This document shows positions 1-13,300 of a stretch of DNA of 64,000 bases, piece by piece. The position numbers were made by a program, and so were the translations under genes. The DNA is from Setoptus koraiensis. Its lineage: Eukaryota > Animalia > Arthropoda. The notes beneath the pieces were generated by a model. It was not told the DNA's origin and made no database searches. It worked only from the letters and a program-made list of their open reading frames with translations. The stretch covers positions 7,378,001-7,442,000 of the forward strand of contig CM106586.1 of the NCBI GenBank assembly GCA_048013815.1. The letters are read 5' to 3'. The number at the start of each line of letters is the position of its first letter. Position 1 is the first letter of the stretch.

Positions 1-3000
1 CTGGCGGTGGTGGTGGTGAATAGCTTTATTGTTGCGTCCAACAACAAACCAAAACAATTTTTCCTAGTAATCCGAACACAGAGAATATGCCGATCTCAAA
101 TGGAGCATTGGACTGGGTCCGCGCGATATCTCTCCGACAAAGAGAGGGCGCGATTGTAAGGTGAGTCTGACAAGATGCCCCTTGGCAGAATAGAGAGTCC
201 CCTCACATTGGCGCATATGAACACAATACAATATTGCTCATAGGCACCGATTGTGTCACGTCCAGAGCCGCAAGTCATGCCATACGGCCATACTGTTGTA
301 TAGGCTGATTAATTGATGGTTTGATCGACTGCGGCCAGAGATCTGATCAATTTGAAAGAAATTTGATGCTCCCGATGGATGGCACAGAGCGAGTCACCGC
401 CATTGTGTGTTGCATGTCTTTATTATGTCATGATTAGTAGGCTAATGAAGCGCCTATCAGCGAAAAGCATCACACTGACAATGTTGTTTGGTGCCCTATG
501 GGACAATTGTTGTGGTGGAATCATGTTTCATCGGATTGCAAAAAACTGGTCTGAGGTGTACCACCAATGGAGACACTTATCGGCGACAGGCAATCAAATG
601 GCCAGCCATCGCCAAACAAATTGATGAGCGCTCACGAGGACATTCAATGGTAATAGAGATTTTATTTGTCGATTAAATAACAATGGACAATGTTTTGTTG
701 CTGTTGCTGTTGTTGTTTTGCGCCATTCGTTTGCCTGTCGTATAACAACAATGTAACAGCCATAAATGTTTGCTTGGCTCGGGCCCAAGTGGCGCCAAAC
801 AAACTTGACCAACATGTAGCAGACCCTTTTGATGTTTATGGGCTTCTCTAGAGTTCTCTACCTGGCCTGTGCAGGCTATCTATCTGTTTACAGCGACCTA
901 TTTGACGAAATAGTAGTTACATCTACTGCCATTTGAAGCCAATGTTTGAATTCAATAGGCCCAACCGATAATGGATAAATAGCAAACTGACACCAAGATG
1001 AAATGGCCGCGATATACGCAGCACTACACAAGTAGCGAGTGAAATGGGCTCATAAATGTTCAAGGGGCAAATTGTTGTCTTCTTTAGTGATCTAGAATGA
1101 TGATGAAATCATCATTGAAGAAGACGTGTGACGCAAAAGAAGAGAAAGAGAGCGAAAACATATGTCATGGGGAAGATTGTGCAAGCCTTGTCACTTTCTT
1201 TATAAGAATGATCTAACTGACAACTAATTGTTTATTCTTCCCTTCTCTTGCACTCTGTTGTGTTTGTTCGTTGCTTCATGTTCGAAAATATTTGTTGCTG
1301 TTGTTTGTAACATTGAAAAACGAACCGATGAATAATCAATATTTGGCATTTAGATCAGACGAGGATCAGCTGGATGGACCAGGCGAAAAAGAGGAACATC
1401 AATATTCGCGAGAAAGGAGCAGATCTCTCTCCCTCTCTCTATTGGAGGGTAGACAAATAGCAGCGTTGTAACAAAAAATAACAACTACTACTCTAACTCA
1501 GCAAATTGCCACTAGGAAGGAAGAGGGCTTTAGCTGCAGCGCTGATACTCTGTTTATTGTCCGTATTGTGTGTTGGTTTTGTTTGTACGAAATTATGTAA
1601 ACGACGACGCAACAACAACAACAACAACAACGGCACAACAATAATAATAGCAGTGATAATCCCCACACACTCTAGTGAGAGAACATGAAGAAGCAACAAT
1701 AGAGTTGCGTAACAGTAGCCGACAAGAAACTATCCTATAATGGGAGAGAGGACACGGTACAGCAACAATGATGTCATAATTTTCTTCTAAGCTGCAACCA
1801 CCATCAGCTGATGAGTTATATAGAAGCGAGCACTCTGATTGATTATGTAGTTACGCTAGTTCTGGCAACAATTAATAATAGGCTATATTGTAAGTGTGAC
1901 ATGAGGCAAAAAGGACCAACAACTACCGAGCAAATGGGCTTACGTTCTTCCGACACTTTCAAACATTTCAAATCAATGGCTGCGTTTCTCTGATCTAACA
2001 CAACACATAAACAAACATGTAATTATTATCGGTGTTTGTTACATTTATTATAGGGTACAGTGAGTGTGTGACACAGAGATATCTTAGTTAGTCGACAATA
2101 ACAAACAAACGACAAACAACGAGCGACAAACAACAAACAGCAAACAACAAATGGCAAACGGCAAATGCTGCCGACCGACAACAACACAGTAACTCACGCC
2201 ATAATGACATCAATAATGTGTGTTGAACAGCAAGTATTATACTATTAACACCCGAATGAGGAGATAAGATCCCAAATCAGACAAGTATCATTGCCAGTTT
2301 TGTTAATAGTTAAGGCGATTCGTTGCAAATGGCAACGTTGGCATGGAATTCATTCATAGGCACAAATACAAATCAAATGATCATTATATAGGATTAGAGC
2401 CAGCAACAGCGACAACTCGACCATTGTAAGCCGATAATTAGCTTACGAGCACGCTTTTGTTCTGCCCCGGCCCCAACAAAACGATTCCTCGGTCTCCTCT
2501 TATAGGTTACCACTTACTAGCGAAGCGAAATGGGCCTCTCCATCTTGCTATCATTGGAGACAAATCTGGTCTGGCGATCGCTGGCGTGTGAAAGTCGGGC
2601 AACAGGTACCGCTCAACCATGGCCAGACTAACGGGCGCCAATGTTAATTAGTGCATGAAGCATTTGCAGGCTATGGGAGGCCTACTTTTTCCGACAGTAC
2701 TGACGCAGTTGGCAATCAAGCAATGGTAAAAATGACAAGATAATAAACAAAATTAGTCACACATACCAATGGCGAACGGCAGTTGTTGTTGTTGCCGTTG
2801 GCGTGCCACTGATAGTGGCCTCGAAATGTCTTCATTATGTCCAGTGTTGCTAATGTTTCATTGAACACATTTTTGGATTTCTCCGCCGGCCCGGCGAAAG
2901 GCTGATTTGAAGGAGATGGCGCGAGCAGCAGCAACACAAGGTGTTAAATTGAAGCTCGTCGTTCGCGGCCTCTGACGCCGTTTGCAAGTTGCCTTTAGCG

Positions 3001-4262
3001 GCAGCTCTGAGACCGAATCAAAATGCGCACTCAAACACAACAATGGCCAGCAAAATGTTTCAGAATGGCGCTGATTGATGTGGAACCATGGAAACAAAAG
3101 TGAGAGAATTTGCGCCCTTCGCTTGCTTACAGTGCCCAAATCAAAAGAAGCAACAGCAGCCTTTTGTTGTTTGTTGCAACAGCAACAACAGCAACGGCAA
3201 CAACAACAACACTTTTACACGTGTTTTGGCCACGAGCTGATGACCGCAACAATGATCGGCAGCGGTTGGTGCAACGGGCATGATGAGCCAGGCAAAAGGT
3301 TGATGTTTGCCGGTGCCCTTGTCATCACCGCAAACAGTTTTCGCTTGATTGGCGCGCTCGCACCGGCGTGCTCTATAAAAGAGGTAATGAGCAACAAATG
3401 AGCATCCAATATGATGTTGATGACAATGGTGGAAGTAAACTTGAACAATCAAGCATATAGCGACAACACACAAAAGAAGAGAGCAGAAGAACAACAAATT
3501 ATGATGGCTCCTATGAGTTGCTGCTGCTGCTGCTCTCTTTAATGTTGGTAAGAGATAAGTGATAGTTGCCGGGAAGCGGGCCCAATATTGGCCGGTTCTT
3601 TCAAGTTCTTTTGTGGTTGTCGGTCGTTTGTTAAACGGATGAGAACAAGCCAAACAAGCGCGTCCATCACTTGGCACCGATCAGGCGTGTACGTGGTGGT
3701 TGTTGTTTATTTCATCACCTATGGCCGGCCGATGTGGTCGTTATTTTAAGAACTTCCTTCAGGCTAATAGTGTCTCCTTCTGTTACTCTGATATCGCACA
3801 GTTTGCTTATCGGGCCATGCACACATTGGCCCCATTGGTATAAAGAAGAAGGTGCAAATAGAGCACAGTATCAAACCAGTGAATCGTGAAGCCCAATAAA
3901 TGTTTTCGCGACACCACACACTGGACAGATGATCAATTATCAGTGTGATCTGATTTTCAGTGCGATATGATATGATTTTATTTTCAATATTATTTTTATT
4001 TTCATTCTTATTTTTATTTTTATTGAAATGATCATCGTGTCGGCCTGGCTAGCAATCGGATTGCAACCAAACATCTGAGATGTACGCGCGCGGTTTCGTG
4101 ATTGTTCATTTTGCATCCATGAATGATTATCGCCACTTCGGTGTGGCTAATGGGCGTTCATTATCATCACTGTGGTTAGCGGATGAGGCTAAACTCTGGC
4201 TAAACTCTGGCAGCGCGGCTCCATTAACTGGCGAGTTGTTTCCGCTTTGAGGCGACCTATAT

Positions 4263-4322
4263 GGCGAATGTCGCGGCGAATATCGTGGCGAACATTGTTG
4301 AGAGTATCGGGGCGAATATCGA
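4263..4322. repeat. 12-bp period degenerate tandem repeat (GGCGAATATCGN x5)
   Basis: Units ggcgaatgtcgc, ggcgaatatcgt, ggcgaacattgt, tgagagtatcgg, ggcgaatatcga read directly. Confidence 0.8.
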
Positions 4323-4841
4323 GCGCGTTAGCATACTTCTGCTGCGAGCAACGAGTGTGAGGAGTAGATAATTGTTGTTGGCGTCTCAAATGTACACGCA
4401 AAAAGAGCAACAACTAATGGGATTGAGCGAAAACGCCTAGAGCAAAACGACACGAAAAAGTCGACTGTCAAGTGTCGTATTTACACAGTGCGAATTGCTG
4501 TCCGGCGATATCTGCACGTCGCTGTTCCATATACACGATTGTTTGTCACTTGGTGCACCGCGGATGTTTTAAAATGCGAACCGAAAGCGAGTAGAGAGTG
4601 TCGCCCAAAACACGAGTGGCTCGCCCCCTACCTATAGTTGGCCAAATATCGCCACTCTGTGTTCGGCCTGTGTCCGTGCTCTTTTCGCGGTCGCCCCAAT
4701 ATTGGTAGCCACCGAATTTGCCATCTGGCCATAGCGCACAAGCAACAAATCTCTTGTTGCAATATCCGTTGCCTTGCACGCCAACCGCACACGTTTATTC
4801 ACGTGTAATGGAGCACGCGCCCATTCGCATCGATTCTCACA

Positions 4842-4919
4842 GCACAACGATATAACACAACGATATAACACAACGATATAACGCAACGATAAAACACAAT
4901 GATACAACACAATGGCGTT
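4842..4919. repeat. 13-bp minisatellite (ACACAACGATATA x about 6, decaying rightwards)
   Basis: Units start at 4842, 4855, 4868, 4881, 4894, 4907; no spacers between units. Confidence 0.9.
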
Positions 4920-6561
4920 ATATCACTGTGTTACATCATGATATCACTGGATCATTCATATTTGTTGTTACATTCACACATTTACATAATAACACCGCAA
5001 TGTCACACCAGAACCAGGCGCAATGCATCGCCGATTGTCGTTGTTTGAGCCCACTATCGATGTCTCTTGCCGGCTGAACCAAGTTCTGTCTGAACAAGAG
5101 AACTTGTTGGCGATGACACTGACCACTGGTCACATCATTTGTAATGTTTGTTTGGGTGTACGCTGGCGACATTGGTGATATTGTTGATAAACACAATTCA
5201 CATTGATTGATATGTATTGATACTCGTCAGTCGATTCGTATCGTGTCGTGGTCGTTCGTAAACTACAACATCACTCGCTGGTATTTGGTTGCAGCAACAC
5301 GGGGCCCCATTTTGCGCACACAATATCCATCTCGGGCAAATAATAATGCCAAAAACGGGCCGACATTGGTAGCGAATACAAATTGGCATGCGAATGTTTT
5401 GCAAACCAAAGTGTGAACGCGCAAATATAGAAAGGTGACAAAATTCAAATCATCAGCCGACTCTGGCCAATCTAATCTAGATCGATTGCTGATTAGTTGC
5501 CGGCTGACAGCGTGTCTCTTTTTGGCGCACCGACGACTGTTGCTCACAATCTTATGGCAGCCACACCGTAACGCACGTCTGGCCGCGATGATGGCCATGA
5601 TGACGACGATGGCGCCCAAGATAATCTGTGAGCAAATGAAGACGTTACGAGAACAATCGACACACAAACCAATAACACACACACACACACACACACACCG
5701 ATGATGACACACAGAGAAACCAGGAAAAAACGAAACCAAACGAATTGTCACCGCTAATGATACAAACAGCAGATATAGTCGCATCGTGTGGTCGTCATGG
5801 CTGATTAGCGCGAATAGAATGTGATTTGGCCCAACGCGGCGGACACAAGCGAGCGAGCGAGCGAGAAATGTTTGTTGTTGTTGCTTCCTCTGAGTTTTGT
5901 TTGTCAGATTAGTTGAACCAGGGTCAGCGGCGACACTGTCACTGGTCCCTTAATATACCTTTATTCCTATATTTGCGCCCTATATCGGGCGCCCGAATCG
6001 GGCCCACATCCAATCTGACAGCGCCAGCGTGAGCGCCACACACACAGACACACAAACGCACACGCACACACAATTTGCAATATTCGTCCGATTAGTTACA
6101 CTAGGGGCCCCATTTGTGCAAATGGCCGGCCGGCGCATTGGTTTGGTTTGGCTCATAGAGCCTCTGTGATGGAGCCTCTGTGATGGAGGGCGACGTCTTC
6201 ATTATAATGTCGCCGGCAACAATAATGAAGGCAACGAATGGAGCTGCGAACGCGACTTGGCCAAAACAGTGCCATTTTGACACGTTTAGAGTGTGTGACA
6301 ATTATTGATGATAATCAAAACGAACCAACCACGGCTATGTGAGCCAACAAACCCGATAACACGTGTAAATTGATGTGATCGATTGTATTGTGTGCACGTC
6401 GGCCATTTGACTATAGCCGCTATAGTATAGCGACCACCACAGTACGCGCCGGCCGGTACATAGCAGCGCGATATAGATTAGCACTGCTAGGTACACACGG
6501 CGACAAACACGTCAAAGTCAACCTTTCCTGCGCCCCTGCCCGTTTCGGGCCCCTCCACTCC

Positions 6562-6629
6562 GGGCTCTGCTGAGCGGCTCCTCTGGCGGCCGCTCGGGCT
6601 CTGCTGAGCGGTTCCTCTGGCGGCCGCTC
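6562..6629. repeat. 34-bp GC-rich tandem duplication; each unit contains a GAGCGG...CCGCTC stem
   Basis: gggctctgctgagcgg(c/t)tcctctggcggccgctc twice with one mismatch. Confidence 0.9.
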
Positions 6630-7090
6630 GGGCGCGGGTCTGGGGCTGGGGGAAGCCAATCGGCTTAGGATAAACCGATTATGCTGTCAATTTTGCTGTT
6701 ACTGTCGCCGTTGTTGTTGTTGCCATTTTCTCTCGTGTCGCTGTTGCTGTTGTCGCTGTTGTTGTTGTTGTTGTTGCTGCTACACATCGGCAAACATCAA
6801 ACGCGATAGCGAATCGATAGCGGGGGCCACTCTGCTCAGCGCGAATATTCGCGGCGGCGGCGAATTCTTTCTTTTGTGACTGCATCGTTCGAACGTGTCG
6901 AATGTTTGCCAATCGAACTGCGCCGAGCTGATTATTCGCCCAAACGTTATTCATGTGCGGATAAACGCTGGGCACCCGGCCAACAGTGCCGCTCAATACC
7001 AACTGGGCGCATAACGGGACGGCTGCCGGCAAATGGCTGCCGGCAAACATTAGTGGATATTTATGAATATTTGCGCCGCGCCAGTGTACA

Positions 7091-7153
7091 GTAGCCGCGC
7101 AGTCCGGTGGCCGCGCCGTCCGGTGGCCGCGCCGTCCGGTAGCCGCGCCGTCG
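7091..7153. repeat. 16-bp GC-rich tandem repeat x4 (GTRGCCGCGCMGTCCG)
   Basis: Units at 7091, 7107, 7123, 7139. Confidence 0.85.
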
Positions 7154-8175
7154 CCAGTCGGGCCGTCGGCAGGCCGACCAGCGCCGGGCCAGACCTAGCG
7201 ACGTCTGCTAACGATGCCCGGCGACGCCTAATGATCGCACCGTGGCTCCATTCAATTGGCTAGGTGTGAATAATGTCTTCATTAGTGTCCGCTCTGGCCA
7301 CTGCTGGCCACTTTGTTTGGCGCTCTTTAGCACTGTCGGCCGTGCATGTTGCTGGTGTCGCGGACACTTGTTTGCATAGGTGTGCAGTCCATTGAAATGG
7401 TGCCAGCCCAGATATCGGTCAGTTTTACCATCTCCGTGCCAGCTAACTTAACTGACTCGACTTTTATTTATTTTGCCATCACAACTCATTCGTTTTGACG
7501 GTGCCTCCGCACAAACATGCGCCGTGCGACTGGCCGTCGTCGATGTTGTTGTTGTCGTCGTTGTTGTTGCTGCTGTTGTATGCATGTTGTTGTCCATAAA
7601 GTTGTTGTTGTTGTCGTCGTCGTTGTTGTTGTTGCTGTAGGCATGTTGTTGTCCGTAAAGTGGTCAGAAGGATGTTTCGCTTAACGGCAATTCTATATTG
7701 CACATGTGCAAAGGAACCCGATAGGCGGACACCGTGGCGTAGACCTGGTTTAAGCGCAATTGTTTTGTTGTTTGTCCGCGTCGGTTGTTTGCATCGGTTG
7801 GCGATAAAAGTGAGCAAAAAAGAAGGGCACAGTTCAGTTAATTGATAGAGTTACTGGCTGGCGGAGCTCGAGCTTCGGTGTCGATAGTCGGCCAGTGCGC
7901 CAGTGGCAAACTGGCCGAATATCGACAACTCGATGTTCGCAAACAGCCAGAGCAAACACAAGATGTAGTCGTAGTCGTAGTTGTTGTTGTTGCTGTTGCT
8001 GCTGTTGTTGTGCGTCAGACAACCGCTGAAAAGTCACTCAAACCGAATCACTGACAACAATCACCGCCGGCCGAAATAAATTCTTTCGGCCAGCGTGAGC
8101 GGATAAATTAACAAGTTGTGATTGTTTGTCTACACATTCAACGCACTGGACACACCGAACACACTGAATGAGTCG

Positions 8176-8482
8176 CTATTGAGAGCGAACAAGCCTCTGT
8201 TTGCGGTTGTTGTTGCTCACCTTGATTGATTGCCACTGGCTCTGGCGCACACTCTGCTGCGATGACACCTCCAGTCTAAGCGACACGGTGCTGGTCAGCA
8301 CGCTTGTATGCCTGGCGCCGCTATCTATCTCAAGTTGATATTGTTGTAAATTGCCCAATTTGAATGATCTAGGCACAAGCTTGAAATGGTTGTTGCTCGC
8401 AAACAACAACAACATGATATCATAGCGCTCGTTGGCTGTTTGGCCTTCGTCGGGCCACCGTTGCTGTTGTAGTTGTTGCTGT

Positions 8483-8520
<38 letters not shown>

Positions 8521-10254
8521 GTCGCTTGTTGTCGAGTTTGGCTCTGCAAGCGGCGGCCGGCTACCGATTGTTTGCTCTCGGTCGCTCCTTCGTTTGTTGT
8601 TCAAATTAAACAAGATCTCTCTTGATAGGCTGTTATCGCAAGCTGGTGTTGCGGTCGGCAGCAGTTGGCCAGTGCGCTGGTGTGCGTCTTCAATGGCGCA
8701 ATCGGCGTTGTTGTTGTTGTCGTTGACGCTGTCATTCAATTGAGCCGACGACGTAATTGACGCCGCGCTCACATGGGCTCCCTCCGCATTTACCTGTTGT
8801 TGTTGCTGCTGCTGCTGTTGATGTTGATTGTCAGCCGGGTTGCTGTTTGCCGCAAAATCCATTCTCAACAGGTGGCACAACTCCAGCCTAATGGACAGCG
8901 TCAACTTGTATATAGGTCCCAGTCCCTTGAGCTGAAATCAATTTCAGCATCGCAAGATTTCAGCATCGTAAGATTGGCCAGTGGTGGCAGCAGCGCCGAA
9001 TATGCCAGCAGCGCCGAATATGCCAGCAACACCATGCAAGTGGCAGCAGCCGGCGTAAATAGACGGCGAACAGAGAGAGACAAGTGGTGTGAGATATGCA
9101 ATGGAAAAATATGAAGCGTATCATTGATTTGTTGTGCCGGTCGCTGTTGTTGGCCGCCGAAACGGTGGTGCGAAAATGCAACAACAACCACCGACAGGAA
9201 TGCCAAGAATCCGACGTGCATGTTGTGTGAAAACACTGTTGCTGTTGACAACACAATAGACTTATTAACAATGGCCAATCAGCAACAGTTAACAACAGTT
9301 AACAACAGGTGAACACAAACAGCGAGCCATTGTCATAATTGGATCAATTCTAGTCTTATATTGGCTGTCTAATTTGATTGCGTGGGAACTACTCACCTTC
9401 ATTAGAGATATTCGGCTGCTTGTTGACGAGGCCAGAGACGGGTCACTTTGGATGATGCCCCTAATCATGTGATGTTTGAAGGCGCGCAATTGCTTGCAAA
9501 ACCTCCTGTGAATATCTGTTTGGTGTGGGTGTCGCAAGAGCGGGCATATTAGTTAGTTAGTAGTATTAGAATTTGCAGTATTTGGCAATCATCGAGAATC
9601 TCGCATGAATCGGTGCGAGTTGGATATATTTTTTCACGACCACATGAGTGAGAGGGAGATCGAGAGAGGGAGAGGGAGATCAAGAGAGGGAGAAGGGCGC
9701 TCTGCGGGCAACACGGGAGCCCGCGACAAACAACGGTTTGACAAACAACGATGGGGCCCGGCGCATGACAACGACATTTGTTTATAGGCCCGGTAAGAGC
9801 TTAATTTATTGCATTGTAGTGTTGTGCTAGCAACATCAACAACAGCAGGGGCATTAAAGAACAAAACACTTAAAAAAGCTAAAAGTTATCTCAGTGACTT
9901 TTTATGTGTCATTTTTGTGCGTTCGGTTGTTGTGGTTGTGGTTGTTGTTGTAACACCACATGCCGGCTCACCTTGATACACGTTGCATTGTGTTTGTTGG
10001 CACTATTATTTGGGCAACGAAGGTGGCCCCCACGTAGGTGGCCCGATTGTGTTGGCAACAGTGACCAATGACATATATTTACAACAACAACGTACATTAG
10101 CAATTTATAGTATCGTGAATTAACATGTTAACTTACGATCACCATGCTCTGTCACCAATTTGTGTGATTTATTGTTCGCCGCAGCCTAATCGATCGATGT
10201 TGCTGTTGTTGTTGTCGTTGCTGTTGTCGTTGCTGTTGTTACTGTTGTTACTGT

Positions 10255-10307
<53 letters not shown>

Positions 10308-13300
10308 TTGCTGCAGCAACACCATCTAGTCTGGCCAGTCGGACTCTACGTGCAACGCAACATACACAGCACGGCACAGGATGCCGTTTGTGGCAACATG
10401 TCGGACAACATTGGTTTGTCGGCAGAGGCTGGCGCTTTGCTGGTTTGCCAATGCCACCACACCAACAAACCAATGTTTTCGCATATTAATTCAAGGTGTC
10501 AAGATTTTCACTTACATTGTGCATTAGGCTGATACCGGCGAGTGGCCGGTATCGGTTGCACGCCGGTGATACATGTTTTGTCTGTTGGAGCATTCAAGGA
10601 CACAGCGACAAGAGATCACGCTTTCGAGATATTTAATTGGAAACTAGTCTGCATGGTGTTGTTGTTGTCGTTGTTTCTGTCGAGAAGCACCACAGATAGA
10701 GAGAATGACCAGCGGAGCCCCCACGGGGATGCGCCACTTCATTATATATGTATTATGTAGATATGCGGCTGCGGCGCGGAATGAGCAAATGGCAAATGAA
10801 TGACATAAACACCATAGCCACCACACAAGTGAGATAAACAGTAAAAGAGAGAGAGAGACAGAGCAAAATATCATACTTTCGTATTTTCAAACTCGGGCCC
10901 GTTACAAGTGAGTTCATTCACACACTGTCCGCTGTGTGGACAAACTGTTTGGTTGCAAAAAACAAGTGATACCCGAATGCATGTGCACGCGACGGGATAC
11001 TGGCATCGCATCCATGTCAATTCTCAGGTTATAGAAGCGCCGTAGGACCTTTTCTCATAGTTTTCTCATAGTGCAATGGTCAGTGGAACGGAGCATGGCG
11101 CACAAAGGTTACAGGTAAATTAGAAAACGCATGCAGCCAACGAAAGAAGCGTGTAAGCTCCACAAATTGGCCGCATTGTACAAGAGTGGCAATTCTTTTC
11201 ACTCGCTTTCGTCTTCGCTGGCGAGTGCGAGTGAAAAGAATTCGCGGCTAGCGATGCCACAGTGCGATAGTTACCGCGTCAATGTGGCCGGACATTGTGG
11301 AATGACACACGCCAATTGAATGGGCCATTTTTCGCATCGGCATTCAGCTGGAATTCCCTGTTCTGAGAATCTTTCCAGCGAACTGCAGCTCCCAGATGGA
11401 GCGTCGCGAATCATCTATCCACTGCCCATTGAATGCGCCTCTGAGCGATGTCGTCGTAGATGTCGCTGTTGCCGTTGTTGTTGTTGTTGTTGCCGTTGTT
11501 GTCGTTGCCGTTGTTGTTGCCATTGTGGTGGCATAAACAACAACAACAATGGCTCATTAATACCATCAATCAATGAAGATGCCATGCCCGCTCCGATTGT
11601 AAGCGTGCGCGATTTGTGCGCATAATTGAGTGATCCGGCGGCCCATCGACCGCTGACCAGATACCCACACACGCCAGAGATCGGCCAGACTCGCTGGCGT
11701 CCAAAGGCGGCGCCCCCTCTCGTGTTCAGCGCCGACAAAAAACAGCGACCGGACAAACAGGTGACAACTTACCTAGGCTGCAATCGGCCTGTTCGGTCAG
11801 TTGGTCGACAAACGAACGCGGCTTTGCGGGTATCTTGAGCGGTGCTCGCAGCGTCTCTCCAATAATGTGGCCTCCACTGGTTGCGTAATCTAGCGACTGG
11901 TCAACAGTTTTCAAATTGTTACTGTCCCTAGCATCATGTTGAGAAGGTTGCTGTTGTTGCTGCTGCTGCTGATGCTGATTTGTTGCCGCCATGCTCATTA
12001 TTTGCATCATAATTCTCTTTCCGTTTGTTGCGTCATCCAACATGCTGGCATCATTTGCGTGCGACGCCGCTTTATTTGACTGTTGGCGTTCAGTCGGCGG
12101 ATTAGTGACAATCCCACTGTCCGCCGATTGTTTGTTTGTCGCAACATCGTCGCCATCATCATCATTACCAGCAGCGGCAGCGGCGGGGGCATTGTCGGAG
12201 CATGATTGCTCTAGCTGCTGATGCTGCTTGTGCTGTTGCTCGGCCAATAACGCCGATGTGACACACTGGCCATCGGCAAATTTCGCCATCCGTTTCAGTA
12301 TGAAAATGCGCAAATGACCCAATCTAGTTACAATGCACAAGCAATTATCCTCGCGTCCGTAACGGCCAAAACGTAACACTGTTGCGTAATCCTGTTTGCC
12401 CAAGTAAATTGTGTCCACAATGCGTCCATTGATCTCATAGAAATTAATTCTGTTTGATTGACTGGCCACAGCCAACAAATTGATGCTCATACTAAAATTA
12501 CAAATTGACTCTAAGCACGTGATTGGCGTTTCCTCTCTTATTGACCACAAATAACAGCCCGATTGACTATAGCAATAACATCGTCTGTCCACGCAGGCAA
12601 CGGCCAGATATTTGTTATCGTTGTGTCCGAACCAACTGAGATCCAGCGCAAAACTATTCAAATGCACCAAAATCTCCACATTAGAGAGCCTTGTTGTTGT
12701 TGTCGCTGCCGCCGCCGCTGTAGAGTTGCTGTTGCCGGCTGTTGCGTCATCGATATTTTGGTAGTTAGTGGTCACTTTTATTGATTTACTACTATTAGTG
12801 CTATCACTGGCGATGGACAGATTTAAATCTGTTGTCATGGCTTGTTCCGATCTCCGCTCTACATGAAACTTTTCCATCTGCTGTTGCTTAGTGCCGTTCT
12901 CATGTTGTGACGCCAACTGCAGCGATGTAACCGTGCCCTTTGAATCTTTGTTGTTGGTAGCAATGTCAAAACGGGTCGTCTTCCTAGAGTGCCACTCCCG
13001 ATCTAGATAGACTATCTGGTAAAGTTTTGAATTGCGACATGAAATCACCAGCTTGTACTCTATGCTCTTGTCCTCTTTGATCCTCCAATCGCTTAATATT
13101 ATATTTGGGCTAGACGGAACTCGAAAATGCTCACAATATGACTCATTGTTGATGTCGTACACAATCACGTGCCCGTCCTCGGTGCCTAAAACGAGATGAG
13201 AACGACACGATTGCTGATAATCCAAGTCATACAGGTCGTTCTCTTTGAACACACTTGTACAACAGATAGTGTCATGATTGATAGTTGTCTTATTCAAATT

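Noticed and set aside
379-676. Resemblance to the sugar gustatory receptor motif (RIAKNW, AIKWPA)
   Set aside because: Too short, found in two different frames, no surrounding TM pattern.
4842-4919. CRISPR-like array
   Set aside because: Contiguous units without spacers, eukaryotic context, no cas genes.
5093-5109. caagagaacttgttg shared with about 20224-20238
   Set aside because: A roughly 15-nt match is expected by chance in 64 kb of biased sequence; flanks do not align.
5263-5784. 173-aa ORF with signal-peptide-like start and a TM-like stretch
   Set aside because: Runs through a (TG)n microsatellite; no homology or splice support recognised.
8432-8743. Poly-Cys ORF on +
   Set aside because: Antisense shadow of the BBS1 poly-Gln tract.
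11726-11772. C-terminus KLSPVCPVAVFCRR of the 780-aa ORF
   Set aside because: Read-through of the gtaag donor; the spliced frame restores BBS1 homology.
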